This document shows, piece after piece, positions 17,946 through 31,254 of a DNA stretch of 63,460 nucleotides. Within the stretch, counting starts at the first letter, position 1, and every line of letters begins with the position of its first letter. Position numbers and translations under genes: made by a program. Under the pieces are notes generated by a model. The model was not told the origin of the DNA. It searched no databases and was given only the letters and a program-made list of their open reading frames with translations. The DNA is from Octopus bimaculoides (Eukaryota): contig NC_068994.1 in assembly GCF_001194135.2 (NCBI RefSeq), positions 5,890,944 through 5,954,403 of the forward strand, read 5' to 3'.

Positions 17946-18149
17946 TAGTTATATGCTATATATATATATATAATTGTGTACAAGCAAGGAATGTGTGTCT
18001 GTGTACATACATTAATGTATGTATGTATATATATATACACCTGTGTATTCATTTGAGGCTGGTTGACTCTGTCACTACTCCTACTCAGAGATTCTTAACA
18101 TATGTGGTCCAACAGGACATAGATAAAAAGACGTTTGTTTATACAAACG

Positions 18150-18267
18150 TGTGTGTATGTATATATATAATTTTCTGAATGTTTGTGTATATATGTAAAT
18201 ATATATCTTTATGTTTATATATATATTTATATATATGTTTGTTTATGTGTATGTATCTATATGTATG

Positions 18268-18354
<87 letters not shown>

Positions 18355-18365
18355 GTATATATATT
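18150..18365. repeat. (TA)n/(TATG)n microsatellite
   Basis: Direct reading. Confidence 0.95.
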
Positions 18366-20092
18366 CGTTTTGCAAGATTCCTGATGTAAAATCGTGTGTT
18401 GAAACAGATATTGTTGGATTTTAGGATGGTCATTTTATTTATTTATTTTTTTGCCAAATAGACACACACACGTATGTGTATGTGTGTCACATCACATACA
18501 CATACACACAAGGACATAAATGCATGTGCACATAAAGATACACATCTTAGAAGAACAGAATGGAGTAAGTGGGGCAAGAACACACGCAGAAACGAAAAGT
18601 GTCTCTGAAGAGGTCACAGATGTGTGACAAAAGATTTCTGGACATTGGACATAAAATAGATAAGACCAGTAATAAACGAGTGAAGAAATATATATATATT
18701 ATATATATATATATATANNNNNNNNNNNNNNNNNNNNNNNNNNNNNNNNNNNNNNNNNNNNNNNNNNNNNNNNNNNNNNNNNNNNNNNNNNNNNNNNNNN
18801 NNNNNNNNNNNNNNNNNNNNNNNNNNNNNNNNNNNNNNNNNNNNNNNNNNNNNNNNNNNNNNNNNNNNNNNNNNNNNNNNNNNNNNNNNNNNNNNNNNNN
18901 NNNNNNNNNNNNNNNNNNNNNNNNNNNNNNNNNNNNNNNNNNNNNNNNNNNNNNNNNNNNNNNNNNNNNNNNNNNNNNNNNNNNNNNNNNNNNNNNNNNN
19001 NNNNNNNNNNNNNNNNNNNNNNNNNNNNNNNNNNNNNNNNNNNNNNNNNNNNNNNNNNNNNNNNNNNNNNNNNNNNNNNNNNNNNNNNNNNNNNNNNNNN
19101 NNNNNNNNNNNNNNNNNNNNNNNNNNNNNNNNNNNNNNNNNNNNNNNNNNNNNNNNNNNNNNNNNNNNNNNNNNNNNNNNNNNNNNNNNNNNNNNNNNNN
19201 NNNNNNNNNNNNNNNNNNNNNNNNNNNNNNNNNNNNNNNNNNNNNNNNNNNNNNNNNNNNNNNNNNNNNNNNNNNNNNNNNNNNNNNNNNNNNNNNNNNN
19301 NNNNNNNNNNNNNNNNNNNNNNNNNNNNNNNNNNNNNNNNNNNNNNNNNNNNNNNNNNNNNNNNNNNNNNNNNNNNNNNNNNNNNNNNNNNNNNNNNNNN
19401 NNNNNNNNNNNNNNNNNNNNNNNNNNNNNNNNNNNNNNNNNNNNNNNNNNNNNNNNNNNNNNNNNNNNNNNNNNNNNNNNNNNNNNNNNNNNNNNNNNNN
19501 NNNNTATATATATATATGTATGTATATATATATGTATGTGTATATATGTATATATATATGTATGTGTATATATATATATATATATATATACATGCATGTA
19601 TATATATATGAGCTACAGACACTGGAAGGAGGACATTGAAAGATTATGATGATATATATATATATATATGCATGCGTTTATATAATATATGTATATATAA
19701 TGTATATATGTGGTAATATATATGTGTGTGTATGTAATACACATACATTTTCTTTTTCTTCTTTATTTGTTGTATTGTGTTTCTCTTGTTTGTCATTTCT
19801 AATTCTGCTATTGTAATTAAACACTTTTTTTAAAAACTAATCTGTTGTTTGTGGTTTTTAGTCTTGTGTCATTAGTGTTAATTACTTTGGACGAAAATTG
19901 CATGTCGCAATTTATAAACAGTTGCGCCATTGGGTTAGTAATGCATTCACCGAGTTTCTGAACGGCATAAATAGTAAGGGAGTGTCTGTAGCTCAATGCA
20001 AAACAAATATCTCCAGGGATTTTGCTCATGAAGCATTGGTTTTTGATTTACTCATCATTCATGTCGTCCGCTAATATACTTTACAGAAAGAA

Positions 20093-20139
<47 letters not shown>

Positions 20140-20366
20140 GTAAATCCCCAAAAAGAAGAACAAACAAGTTCTCAGGTTGATTCATAGTGTGACAAGGCTG
20201 GGTCCTTTGAAATACAGGGGCAACTCATTTTTGCCAGCTGAGTGGACTGAAACAGCGTGAAATAAAGTATCTTGCTCAAGGGGAACAATGAACTCACGAC
20301 CTAACGATCGTGAGCTGAATACCCTAACCACTAAGCCACGCACCTTCACTAATTAGAATAGCGTAT

Positions 20367-20400
<34 letters not shown>

Positions 20401-20430
20401 TAGATATATATGTATATATAGATATATATA

Positions 20431-20516
<86 letters not shown>

Positions 20517-22400
20517 CATACACATACACATGTACACACATACACGAATGCATACACATACACACATATGCACACGCATATGTATACATTTTATGTCAAC
20601 ATAATAACTGAAAATTATATATCTGAAATATCTTCCCTAATAACACATTCAGATTGACTCTCCCTAAAATATCTTCATTAACTATTACTAATGAGATGAA
20701 GATTAGCTGAACAGATGAACTGCAAGGGTCAAGCGAAATAGCTGTTATCTCCAAGCCTTTATAGCAACAACGCAGTTAATAAACGATGTATAAATAAAAC
20801 ATATCTATATATATATATATATCAATCAAGTGTGTTTAAAGTAGGTAGAGACAAACAGACAGATAGCAGAGATGAGAAAAATGTCGATGAGAAACGTGGT
20901 AATATTTTGTTTGAATTAGGAAACTGTAATTAAGATAAATTAAACAAATAACAACAAAAACTGTAGAATGAGAGATAAGCTCACGGTACGTTATCGCTGT
21001 GACACAGTTTCAATTCCTGTTGACAACTACAGCAGTTCCTTGATATTCAAGTTCATTTGTTCCCAGAGACCGTTTGTAATGTGGAAACTTGTAAAGCAGG
21101 GCAATAATTTCCCATAGTAGTAATGTTATAAATTGTAATTCGTTCCCAGAAAAATATTTTACAAGTGGCTGTGTGGTAAGTAGCTTGCTTACCAACCACA
21201 TGGTGCCGGGTTCAGTCCCACTGCATGGCACCTTGGACAAGTGTCTTCTATTATAGCCTTGGGCTGACCAAAGCCTTGTGAGTGGATTTGGTAGATGAAA
21301 ATTGAAAGGTATATATATATATATATATATACGTTCTTCACACTGGATACATGAAGAACTTAAGTGAGCTGCACGAAAGCACACGGCTTGTATAGTGAAT
21401 GGGGAAAGCTTGGTCTGCAATGTTTGCAGTCATGTATGCTAGTCAAGAGCAGGGCCAGCCTTGTCGCATTCTATGTCACTCTGAATCTCCCTGAAAATTT
21501 CGTCAAGGCCAGCCTTGTTGCATTCTATGTCACACCGAATCTCCCTGAGAACTTTATCAAGAGTATGCCTCTCAGTGGAGTGCTCAACCATTTACATGTT
21601 AATTTCACGAGCAGGCTTTTCCATTGATTGGATCAACTGGAACTCTCGTTGTCATAAGCACCAGAGTGCCACTTATATGTGTGTGCTTGTATATGTCTCC
21701 CTGTGAGCTTGTGTATTATGGACACCAGCTGCCTCCTATGACTTGTGTCATACGTCACAAAATTTGTAAGACAATATCTGGACATAAAAGACATATGCTT
21801 GTTCTCAAAAAAACATTCCTTCAGAATCAGATTCCAAAGGGCAAAAATGTAGAAGAAACTTGAATAATATCTGTCACTTGTGTTTTAAACCTTGTCAGTC
21901 AGCAGTTGGTCTTAAAAGTCATCTGAGGGATTGTTCTGTGTGATGGGGTGTGGTGTGTGTTGATGGGACAGCTATCATCTGTCAAGATGAAGCAATCATC
22001 ATATATATATATATATATANNNNNNNNNNNNNNNNNNNNNNNNNNNNNNNNNNNNNNNNNNNNNNNNNNNNNNNNNNNNNNNNNNNNNNNNNNNNNNNNN
22101 NNNNNNNNNNNNNNNNNNNNNNNNNNNNNNNNNNNNNNNNNNNNNNNNNNNNNNNNNNNNNNNNNNNNNNNNNNNNNNNNNNNNNNNNNNNNNNNNNNNN
22201 NNNNNNNNNNNNNNNNNNNNNNNNNNNNNNNNNNNNNNNNNNNNNNNNNNNNNNNNNNNNNNNNNNNNNNNNNNNNNNNNNNNNNNNNNNNNNNNNNNNN
22301 NNNNNNNNNNNNNNNNNNNNNNNNNNNNNNNNNNNNNNNNNNNNNNNNNNNNNNNNNNNNNNNNNNNNNNNNNNNNNNNNNNNNNNNNNNNNTATATATG

Positions 22401-22435
<35 letters not shown>

Positions 22436-22439
22436 ATGT

Positions 22440-22830
22440 GTTTGTGCGTCTGTGTTTGTCCACCACCACCCCCGACTTCGCCTTTAGTCGAGCAAATCGA
22501 TCCCAGGACTTATTCTTTGTAACCCTAGTATTTATTCTATCGGTTTCTTTTGCTGAACTGCTAAGTTACGGCAAAGTAAACACACCACCATCGGTTGTCA
22601 AGTGATGTTGATGGGACAAATACAGACACAAACATACACACACACATACATACATATATACATATATATACGACAGGCTTCTTTCAGTTTCCGTCTACCA
22701 AATCCACTCACAAGGCTTTGGTCGGCCCGAGGCTATAGTAGAAAACACTTACCCAAGGTGCCACGCAGTGGGACTGAACCCAGAACCATGTGGTTCATAA
22801 GCAAGCTACTTACCACACAGCCACTCCTAC
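22440..22830 (-). mobile_element. Family C SINE with internal microsatellite
   Basis: Reverse strand GGAGTGGCTGTGTGGTAAG...GGTTCAGTCCCACTGCGTGGCACCTTGGGTAAG...; reverse match to 40240-40670. Confidence 0.85.
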
Positions 22831-24164
22831 GCCTATACATATATTTTTAGTACAATACTATTTTAGACATATATATCTTCGTGAGAAATTTTGTTGATAT
22901 TAAATTTCATGCTATTATTTCAAAATACAGTGTATATATGAATGTATGAGTGTGTATATATGGACATATATGCACATGTGTATTCATATGCATGCACCCC
23001 TGCGAGTGTGTATGTAATTATAAGCAGGTATAGATATGTCTGGGTATATATGTGAGTAAACTGAGCTTAGATGTGTGTATGAGTGTAAAGATGTGTGTGT
23101 GTGTGTGTTATAGTGTAAATGTGAGCATGAATGTCTCTTTGTGCTCTTACTGGTTGATGTTACATGACCATAAGTTTGCAGGACCAAGCCTGCCTGGGGT
23201 TAAACAACAACATCATCATCATCATTAACAAACTCAACAGTGGCAAAGCAACCACAGATAATTACAGCATTATCAATAAATTAGAGTGGAAAATATCCAC
23301 CACCATCACCACCACCACCACCTCCACCACTACAAAATAATGTCTCCCTTTCATTAAGTCCCCACCTCTGTCCTAACCCTGAAGATTAGAAAAACGTAAC
23401 AACCAGGCATAGACATAGTTGTATGGTTAAGAAGTTTGCTTCACAACCATATGGTTCCAAGTTCAATCCCACTGCACAGCAACATGGCCAAGTATCTTCT
23501 TTTTTATAAAACTTTGTGATTGGATTGTTGCCATGCTTGACAAAATGTTTCGTGGCATTTCTTCTGGCACTTTATGTCCCAGGTTCAAATCCTGCTGAGG
23601 TCCTCTTTGCTGATCTTCCTTTCACGGTTAGTAAAATATAGTACCAGGCAAGTACTGGGTTAATGTTATTGAAATTGCTGGCCTTGTGCCAACACTAGAA
23701 AGCATTTTATAACCTTGTGTTGGCCAAAATGCACTGCAAATAGAACTTAGTAGACAGAAAATCTGTGTAGATGGGTACAAGTTATATAACAGTAACTTAA
23801 CGTTGCGCCAAATAGTGATCAATGAAATAAGTAGCAGAATAAAACAAGAGGGTTGGCATGGTTGAGTAAATGCCTTGAAGGAAGTGCTCCAGCATGGCCA
23901 CATTCCTTTGATTGAAACCAGCAAAAAGGCACAGGGCTTGGCTGTGTGGTAAGAAGCTTGCTCAGGTCGACCCAAGACTATAATAGAAGACACTTGCCCA
24001 GGGTGCCACACAGTGAGACTGAACCCAGTTTCATGTGGTTGGGAAGCAAACTTCTTACCACACAGCCAAGCCTGTGCCTATATGGAGTGAGGGTGGGGGA
24101 TATCAGAAGATTACGACCATTAAGAACAACAACAGCCCATTCCTGATATTGTCATTTCATTACA

Positions 24165-24290
24165 CTACTACCACCACCACCACCACCAACACCACCACTA
24201 CCACCACCACCACCACCACCACCACCATCACCCTTTCCACCACCACATTCAACAACAGCACCATCATTACCAGCAACAGCAGCAATAACT
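24165..24290. repeat. (ACC)n tract
   Basis: Direct reading. Confidence 0.9.
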
Positions 24291-25216
24291 TCGTTATTCC
24301 TTCCATTACCACGCCTTTATTAAAACACAGAAATATTTTAATAAAGGCCTTATTACCAACATTACACACACACACACACAAATACTCATGGGCGCATATC
24401 CCCCACACACATGCATACACAAGCACACTCAAATACGTAGATATGGACATATAGATACACAAACGCACACATGAATATATAGATGTATATGTTCATGAGC
24501 GCAAGCGTGTGGTGTGTGTGTGTAGATCTGTGCATGATTACTTAACGTGTACCAAAACCCTCACATACACAGACTATCATTGGCACACATGCATGTGGGC
24601 AATAGATAGGTGGATAAGCACCCCCCAAACACACACACACACATTGTACAAATATAAAATAAACTTTGCTTGCGAGTTCAGAGCGGTTCTCATTGAATTG
24701 GTTGCAATCCACCTCTTTTGTTCTCATTTCTGAACTCTTCCTTATTTTCTTGATTTGCCTATTTTTTCAGTATTTGCCGACACGACCATTATCGACGTCT
24801 GGTTATTGTCAGTTACTCACAGTAGGGGTAAAACACCAAAGAGATCTAGCTCTCATATCTACGTTGAAGGAAAAGTAACACAATTTCCATACGCCCCTCT
24901 CTGATACTGTCACATATAACAATTTTAAGCATTACCAAAATACCACCATGTCCAATGATTATTCTTCTAAAATAACCGCCACCACTTCTCTTCTCTAATC
25001 ACCTCATTTCATCTTCTATGAAACCATTCGTCACCAGGTCTAAGCTATGTTAACATTAATGCAGAGAAGATTCAATACATGCGACTCATGACTCAAGTTT
25101 TTGTATTGAAAACTCAATTTACGCATATAAAGATTCACTGGAGATATACAGTTTATGCCATTCAAGACAAGTTTTGCTGTAAAAAATATAAAAGAAAAGA
25201 ACTATATTACATCGGC

Positions 25217-25384
25217 GAAGGTTCAATTTACGAACTTTCAGACTCGATTTACGTAGGTAAGAATTCAATATTACATCCTAGAGACTCAATTCATACAGGT
25301 AAAGATTCAATTTATGCGCCTCAATACTTAATCTGCGTCTTCTGAAACGCAATTTGTGATGTTAAAGACACGATTTACACCGCT
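25217..25384. repeat. Degenerate 21-bp minisatellite, 8 units
   Basis: Core gaYTCAATTTAY recurs every 21 bp. Confidence 0.7.
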
Positions 25385-25712
25385 TATATTATAAATCCTA
25401 ATTAGAACAGAGTCGGGTTTATGTTAAGAGGAGGAAATGTGATCATCGGATAATTGAGCTTAATTGGAAGAAAAATTGGAAGAAAATAATAAATTGAACA
25501 GTTTCAGTAGCAACTGGGACAAATCTTTAACAGCAACAAAGTCAGGGAAGATCTTCTCTACACTTTCAGAAAGAAGAGATACTTTTTTTTTTCTGTTTTG
25601 TATCTTTGATAGTGTCCAGCAATCAACATTAATTAAACATCACCCACCACCACCAGCGCCTCTATCACAACATCCTCATTACTGCCGTCGCCGCCACCAT
25701 CACGAAGGAAAA

Positions 25713-25736
25713 ATGGAAGGTATTGAATTGTCTTCA
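25713..25736 (+). CDS. Candidate first coding exon of the STEAP gene (MEGIELSS)
   Basis: AAAATG start, donor TCA|gtaagt, phase 0, joins in frame to the acceptor at 27157. Confidence 0.55.
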
Positions 25737-25849
25737 GTAAGTAACTGATATTAGTCTCTCTCTTTCTTTCTCCCCCCCCCCATCCATCCCATCTACTCAG
25801 TTACCTTACTTTCTGTCTTTCTCTCTGTCACTTTATCAATCTATATACT

Positions 25850-25885
25850 GTCTGTCTATCTATCTATCTATCTATCCATCTATCC

Positions 25886-25940
<55 letters not shown>

Positions 25941-25981
25941 CATCTATCTATCTATCTGTCTATCTATCCATCTATCTATCC

Positions 25982-26035
<54 letters not shown>

Positions 26036-26040
26036 GGATG
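25850..26040. repeat. (CTAT)n microsatellite
   Basis: Direct reading. Confidence 0.95.
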
Positions 26041-27156
26041 TTTGTGTTTGTAGATTTTGTAGTGGATATAATGACCAAGCGGTTAATAAGTTTGCTTCAC
26101 AATCATGAGGCCCCCAGTTTGATCCCTTTGTCAAAACAATTACACACAATCACACACACACACACATAAATCAGAAAGATCCCACATTAATGCTAACATG
26201 CTATCTTAAATGTAGTGCTATTTCAGTAACACAGGCTTTCATAATATTTATCTAATCCATACTTTAGCATGGGAGTAAAAAATGGATAAATGGAGAAATA
26301 CATGAAGCCTTGGATGTAAAAATGACACGGGAAAGACTGATAACCATAGATACAGAGAGTTCCTCATTGGCTGGAAACATTTATAGTTGCTGTTATTTAG
26401 CTACAGATCAGCTGCAATTCGAGCTATGGCTGTTCATTTTTTTATATATGAGGGATTACATTCCCTAGTGTAATCCATACTTTTTGAAGGTGGACATACT
26501 GCAAATATATATCGTTTTATTTCTCTTGACTTGCTTCTAACTCTACCTTGATAAGGGGTCCATCCGGAACGTCAGAGCACTTCTTTTCTTTTCCAGCATA
26601 CGACTCATGGTGCAGGATGTTTATTACTACTCTTGTGTATGTTTAAATTTTGTGCATCTCTTTACAAATTATTGTTGANNNNNNNNNNNNNNNNNNNNNN
26701 NNNNNNNNNNNNNNNNNNNNNNNNNNNNNNNNNNNNNNNNNNNNNNNNNNNNNNNNNNNNNNNNNNNNNNNNNNNNNNNNNNNNNNNNNNNNNNNNNNNN
26801 NNNNNNNNNNTATATATATATATATATATATGTTGACTCCAACTTTTTCAATTATCTATTCACACATGACAAATGTCCAAACGCAAACCTGGAAGTGCGT
26901 ATAATGCTACCACTGGATAGGAACAGGGTGAAATTTCTGACTACTAATAAATGCACACTTTTGATACACTTGCATCATATAAACTCATAGACTAATATTT
27001 CAGAATCTGTTTAACTTATTGTATTGTAATTTGATTAAATTGATTTACAGTAAAACACTGTCTTGTTTGATTATGAATTGTTTCATTTCCTATTTAAACT
27101 ATGTGTCATGTTTGTTATTGTTTTTTGTATTTCTTTTCCATTCTATTTTGTTTTAG

Positions 27157-28545
27157 TATAACACGTCACCAATGACTACAATAGGAATACTGGGGACTGG
27201 AGATTATGGACGTGCTCTTGCCAAAAGAATGCTACGTTGTGGATTAAAAGTGGTTTTTGGAAGTCGGGATCCGGCAAATAGGAATCTGGAAGCCATTGAT
27301 GAAGAACTTGGAGAAGCAAAATTATCGACTGTTAACGATGTCCTGTCAAATGAAAATATTGAAATTATCATTCTTGCTGTTCACCATTGGAACATTGAAT
27401 CTTGTTTAGAGAATTTCAACGCTGAATCATCCCAAAAAATTTTCATCGACATATCGAACAATGAAGAAATTGTTAAAGATGAATCCATTGCGGAATCACT
27501 TGTCGCTAAGTTCCCAGGTATGCGTGTTGTAAAAGCTTTCAACACTTTATCTGCTTACGCTGTGGAAAATGATAATTTTGGTGGCAGTCGTCGAGTCCTC
27601 ATTGCAGCAGATGACATTCAGGCAAGAGAAAAGGTGTCACGGCTTTGCAGTGAGATCGGATTCGAATCCGTGACATATGGGTCTCTGAAAGCTGCAAGGG
27701 AATTGGAAGCTTATCCGACAAGATTAATGCAAGGCTGGGGGAAAGCAACAGTCTTTATGCTTGTTGTTTTCTTTGCATGGAATATATTTGTTGGTGTAAA
27801 ATATGCTTATTACTACAGTACATACAACAAAAGCTTCCCATGGGAGACTATCCCTCTGCGCTTCATGAACAAATCAATTTGCATGACAGCTATTACTTTG
27901 CTGGCATTCTCTTACCTACCAGGTTGCTTAGCTGCATTTTTACAGATTTACAACGGCAGTAAATACATAAGATTTCCCAATTTTTTAGATCTTTGGCTCA
28001 AGTCTCGCAAAATGCTAGGCTTGTATGCTTTGCTTTTCAGTTTGTGGCACGTCATTATATCAACAATATGTATGTCTCCTGGATACTGGGGAGGCTGGTT
28101 CCAATCCACTCGTATCACTTTACCAGAGAACACAACAGGTTTCACATTTTACGTCTCCTCTCGAATGAACTTCCGAGGAGAAGCCAACATCAGTGCAGGC
28201 ATTCTTGCTATTTTGTGTATGATTATTGTCGGGCTGTCTTCACTGCCTTCTGTTGGCAACATTTTGAACTGGAAAGAATGGCGGTTTGTACAGAGTCATC
28301 TGGGTTACATCACTCTTCTGTTAGCCACTGCCCATGTGCTCATCTTCAGTTTTCCTTACTGGATCAGGAGACCATCTGGTCTGTGGAAAAGCTCAACATT
28401 TTTGAGTTGTCTGACCCCCATGATTACTCTTTTTCTCAAATTGCTCCTGTTGTTGCCATGTATTGGAAACTATGTTTATAGAATACGATCTGGCTGGGAA
28501 AGGAAGAAACCTTCAAAGTCCCTTTTAACAACCATACACTTGTAA
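27157..28545 (+). CDS. STEAP: STEAP2/3/4-like metalloreductase (N-terminal F420H2:NADP+ oxidoreductase-like domain plus 6-TM heme domain)
   Basis: IGILGTGDYG Rossmann motif, GSRDP, DISN, VVKAFNTLSA, GSLKAARELE, NGSKYIRFP..LDLWLKSRKMLG, SSLPSV...NWKEWRFVQSHLG, two candidate heme His (WH, TAH); acceptor ttttag before 27157; in-frame ATG at 27172. Confidence 0.95.
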   Translation, partial: YNTSPMTTIGILGTGDYGRALAKRMLRCGLKVVFGSRDPANRNLEAIDEELGEAKLSTVNDVLSNENIEIIILAVHHWNIESCLENFNAESSQKIFIDISNNEEIVKDESIAESLVAKFPGMRVVKAFNTLSAYAVENDNFGGSRRVLIAADDIQAREKVSRLCSEIGFESVTYGSLKAARELEAYPTRLMQGWGKATVFMLVVFFAWNIFVGVKYAYYYSTYNKSFPWETIPLRFMNKSICMTAITLLAFSYLPGCLAAFLQIYNGSKYIRFPNFLDLWLKSRKMLGLYALLFSLWHVIISTICMSPGYWGGWFQSTRITLPENTTGFTFYVSSRMNFRGEANISAGILAILCMIIVGLSSLPSVGNILNWKEWRFVQSHLGYITLLLATAHVLIFSFPYWIRRPSGLWKSSTFLSCLTPMITLFLKLLLLLPCIGNYVYRIRSGWERKKPSKSLLTTIHL

Positions 28546-28649
28546 AAGCAGAAATAACATTTTATGAAATATCAGTGAAGTGTCAAAGATGGGAGAGAAT
28601 GGCATAAAATATTTTAATGCCATTATATATATCTGTATGTGTCTGTATA

Positions 28650-28693
<44 letters not shown>

Positions 28694-28776
28694 CATACAT
28701 ATATANNNNNNNNNNNNNNNNNNNNNNNNNNNNNNNNNNNNNNNNNNNNNNNNNNNNNNNNNNNNNNNNNNNNNNN

Positions 28777-28825
<49 letters not shown>

Positions 28826-30010
28826 AATATATCAAAATAAGCAACAGGATATCAAGAAGTGATGCAGTACGACCGTTTCAAGCGGCTCCATTTAACTGAA
28901 CAATGCAATTATTACATCTTACATCAATTTAAATACAGGGCTATCATCAGCTGCACAAATAAATAAATAGAATTTTAATCAGTTGGACACATTAATATAA
29001 TTTTACTCAAATACTATAACAGAGCAAGAAGATTGAAGAAATCCATGTTGACACTATCTCAATTATATATATATGTATAAATAAAGCAATACTTTCTTAC
29101 TTTTGATAAGGTACAACAATGTATTGAGACAACTATACTGTTATCAGATATTACTTTCTTAGTGAATAAATTTACATTTTGTATACGTACTGTTCAAATA
29201 TATTATCTTATAAAATATGTATTATGGGAGGAGGTTGCAAATGATTGCCCACACTGGAAACAAATACTGTAAAAGGGGATGATGTGAGCAGAAGAAAAAC
29301 AGAGACTTGTGACCAAAGAAAAGTGCACTCGACAGAAGCAAACACCAGTAGTGTCAGCAGAGAACTCCTTCAAATACAGTCATCATATGCACAACTGCCA
29401 TTCCTGCGTGGGTTTCTACAGCCACAACAGATGCTGCACCACCATCAGCAGCTGACATGATTCCTTTGGGTGCAGATCCATGACCTCTTGAGACCGATGG
29501 ATGCCTACTCCTACTATAATATTATATTATATAAAATGTGTGTGTGCATGAGGAGAGAAAGATTCTATATGCAAACTTGAATGATATTTTTTCTTTTGTT
29601 TTTCAACATTTTATCACATTTCATTGACCTTATGATATTTTTTGTAAATTTATAAAAACTGTATTCAGATATGCAACATGTAGTGTATAACATGTTATAG
29701 CATGTTCTTAGAAAATAAATTAGTATCAAAATAAGCTACTTTTGTTGACTCATCTCCTTTCACCATAATAATATCTCTATTTCAAAAGGACCATTCATTT
29801 CGTAACATTGCCACCAACAATGGACATAATAAAAAATATAATTAGAGTGACTTGGGCGGTATCATGTCAGAACAATTCCCGCCCTCACCCCTTTATGACT
29901 GACCAATGACTGACATTTTCTCAGCAAATTTTTGCACACTGCTTCCAATTGACAGCAATACTTCTCCATATTAAATGTTTCATTTTGGTTTAATATATAT
30001 ATATATAATA

Positions 30011-30200
30011 TCATCATCATCATCGTCGTTTAACGTCCGCTTTCCATGTTAGCATGGGTTGGACGATTTGACTGAGGACTGGTGAAACCGGATGGCAACA
30101 CCAGGCTCCAATCTAATTTGGCAGAGTTTCTACAGCTGGATGCCCTTCCTAACACCAACCACTCAGAGAGTGTAGTGGGTGCTTTTACGTGTCACCCGTA
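30011..30200 (-). mobile_element. Family A repeat, antisense
   Basis: (CAT)n-CGTTTAACGTCCGCTTTCCATG...GAGAGTGTAGTGGGTGC. Confidence 0.85.
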
Positions 30201-31254
30201 CATATATATATATATANNNNNNNNNNNNNNNNNNNNNNNNNNNNNNNNNNNNNNNNNNNNNNNNNNNNNNNNNNNNNNNNNNNNNNNNNNNNNNNNNNNN
30301 NNNNNNNNNNNNNNNNNNNNNNNNNNNNNNNNNNNNNNNNNNNNNNNNNNNNNNNNNNNNNNNNNNNNNNNNNNNNNNNNNNNNNNNNNNNNNNNNNNNN
30401 NNNNNNNNNNNNNNNNNNNNNNNNNNNNNNNNNNNNNNNNNNNNNNNNNNNNNNNNNNNNNNNNNNNNNNNNNNNNNNNNNNNNNNNNNNNNNNNNNNNN
30501 NNNNNNNNNNNNNNNNNNNNNNNNNNNNNNNNNNNNNNNNNNNNNNNNNNNNNNNNNNNNNNNNNNNNNNNNNNNNNNNNNNNNNNNNNNNNNNNNNNNN
30601 NNNNNNNNNNNNNNNNNNNNNNNNNNNNNNNNNNNNTATATATATATATATATATATATGGGGATGTTTATTACATGCATGCTTCAAACACATTTGTATA
30701 TACTGAAGCTAAATAATTGAAAAGAATGTATACTTGTGTTTTCTTCTCTTAGGTTAAAATATTGTTTGTTTGTTTTTTATTTTTTATTTCTGCAGCGTTA
30801 AACATATCAAACCTAAGATTATTACAGATGGGGAAAATAATTAGATACCCGTTCCTCGATCTGGGCAGATGCATTGTCCAGACATCTGGTGAAAATAGAA
30901 TGATGTGCATCCAAAAATTTTCTAGTTCCATAGCAACAGATTTTCACATTTACGTAATAGAGGAAGATGTTGTGGTGTTCATTCCAGTCCTACAAAGTAA
31001 TTCCTAATATCGATTATTTTAGTAAATCCAGAAGAAAGAATGCCAAAATCGACCTTGAAGGAATTTGGACACGGGATATAAAAAATCTTTTTGACATTTT
31101 GTTAACATTGACAGAACGTCGGACAAAATATCTCTGGGCTGTTATGTTCTGTGTTCAAACACCACCGATGTTAACTTTGTCTTTCATCTTCTCGGTGTTG
31201 ATAAAATAATAATGTACCATTCAAACACTAGAGAAGATATTCTTTCTACAATAA

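Noticed and set aside
26952-26958. Metal-response-element-like TGCRCNC near STEAP (also 29324, 29933)
   Set aside because: A 7-mer that arises easily beside CA repeats; not clustered
28573-28590. CAGTGA in the STEAP 3' UTR as an iron-responsive element
   Set aside because: The flanking five bases do not pair, so there is no IRE stem
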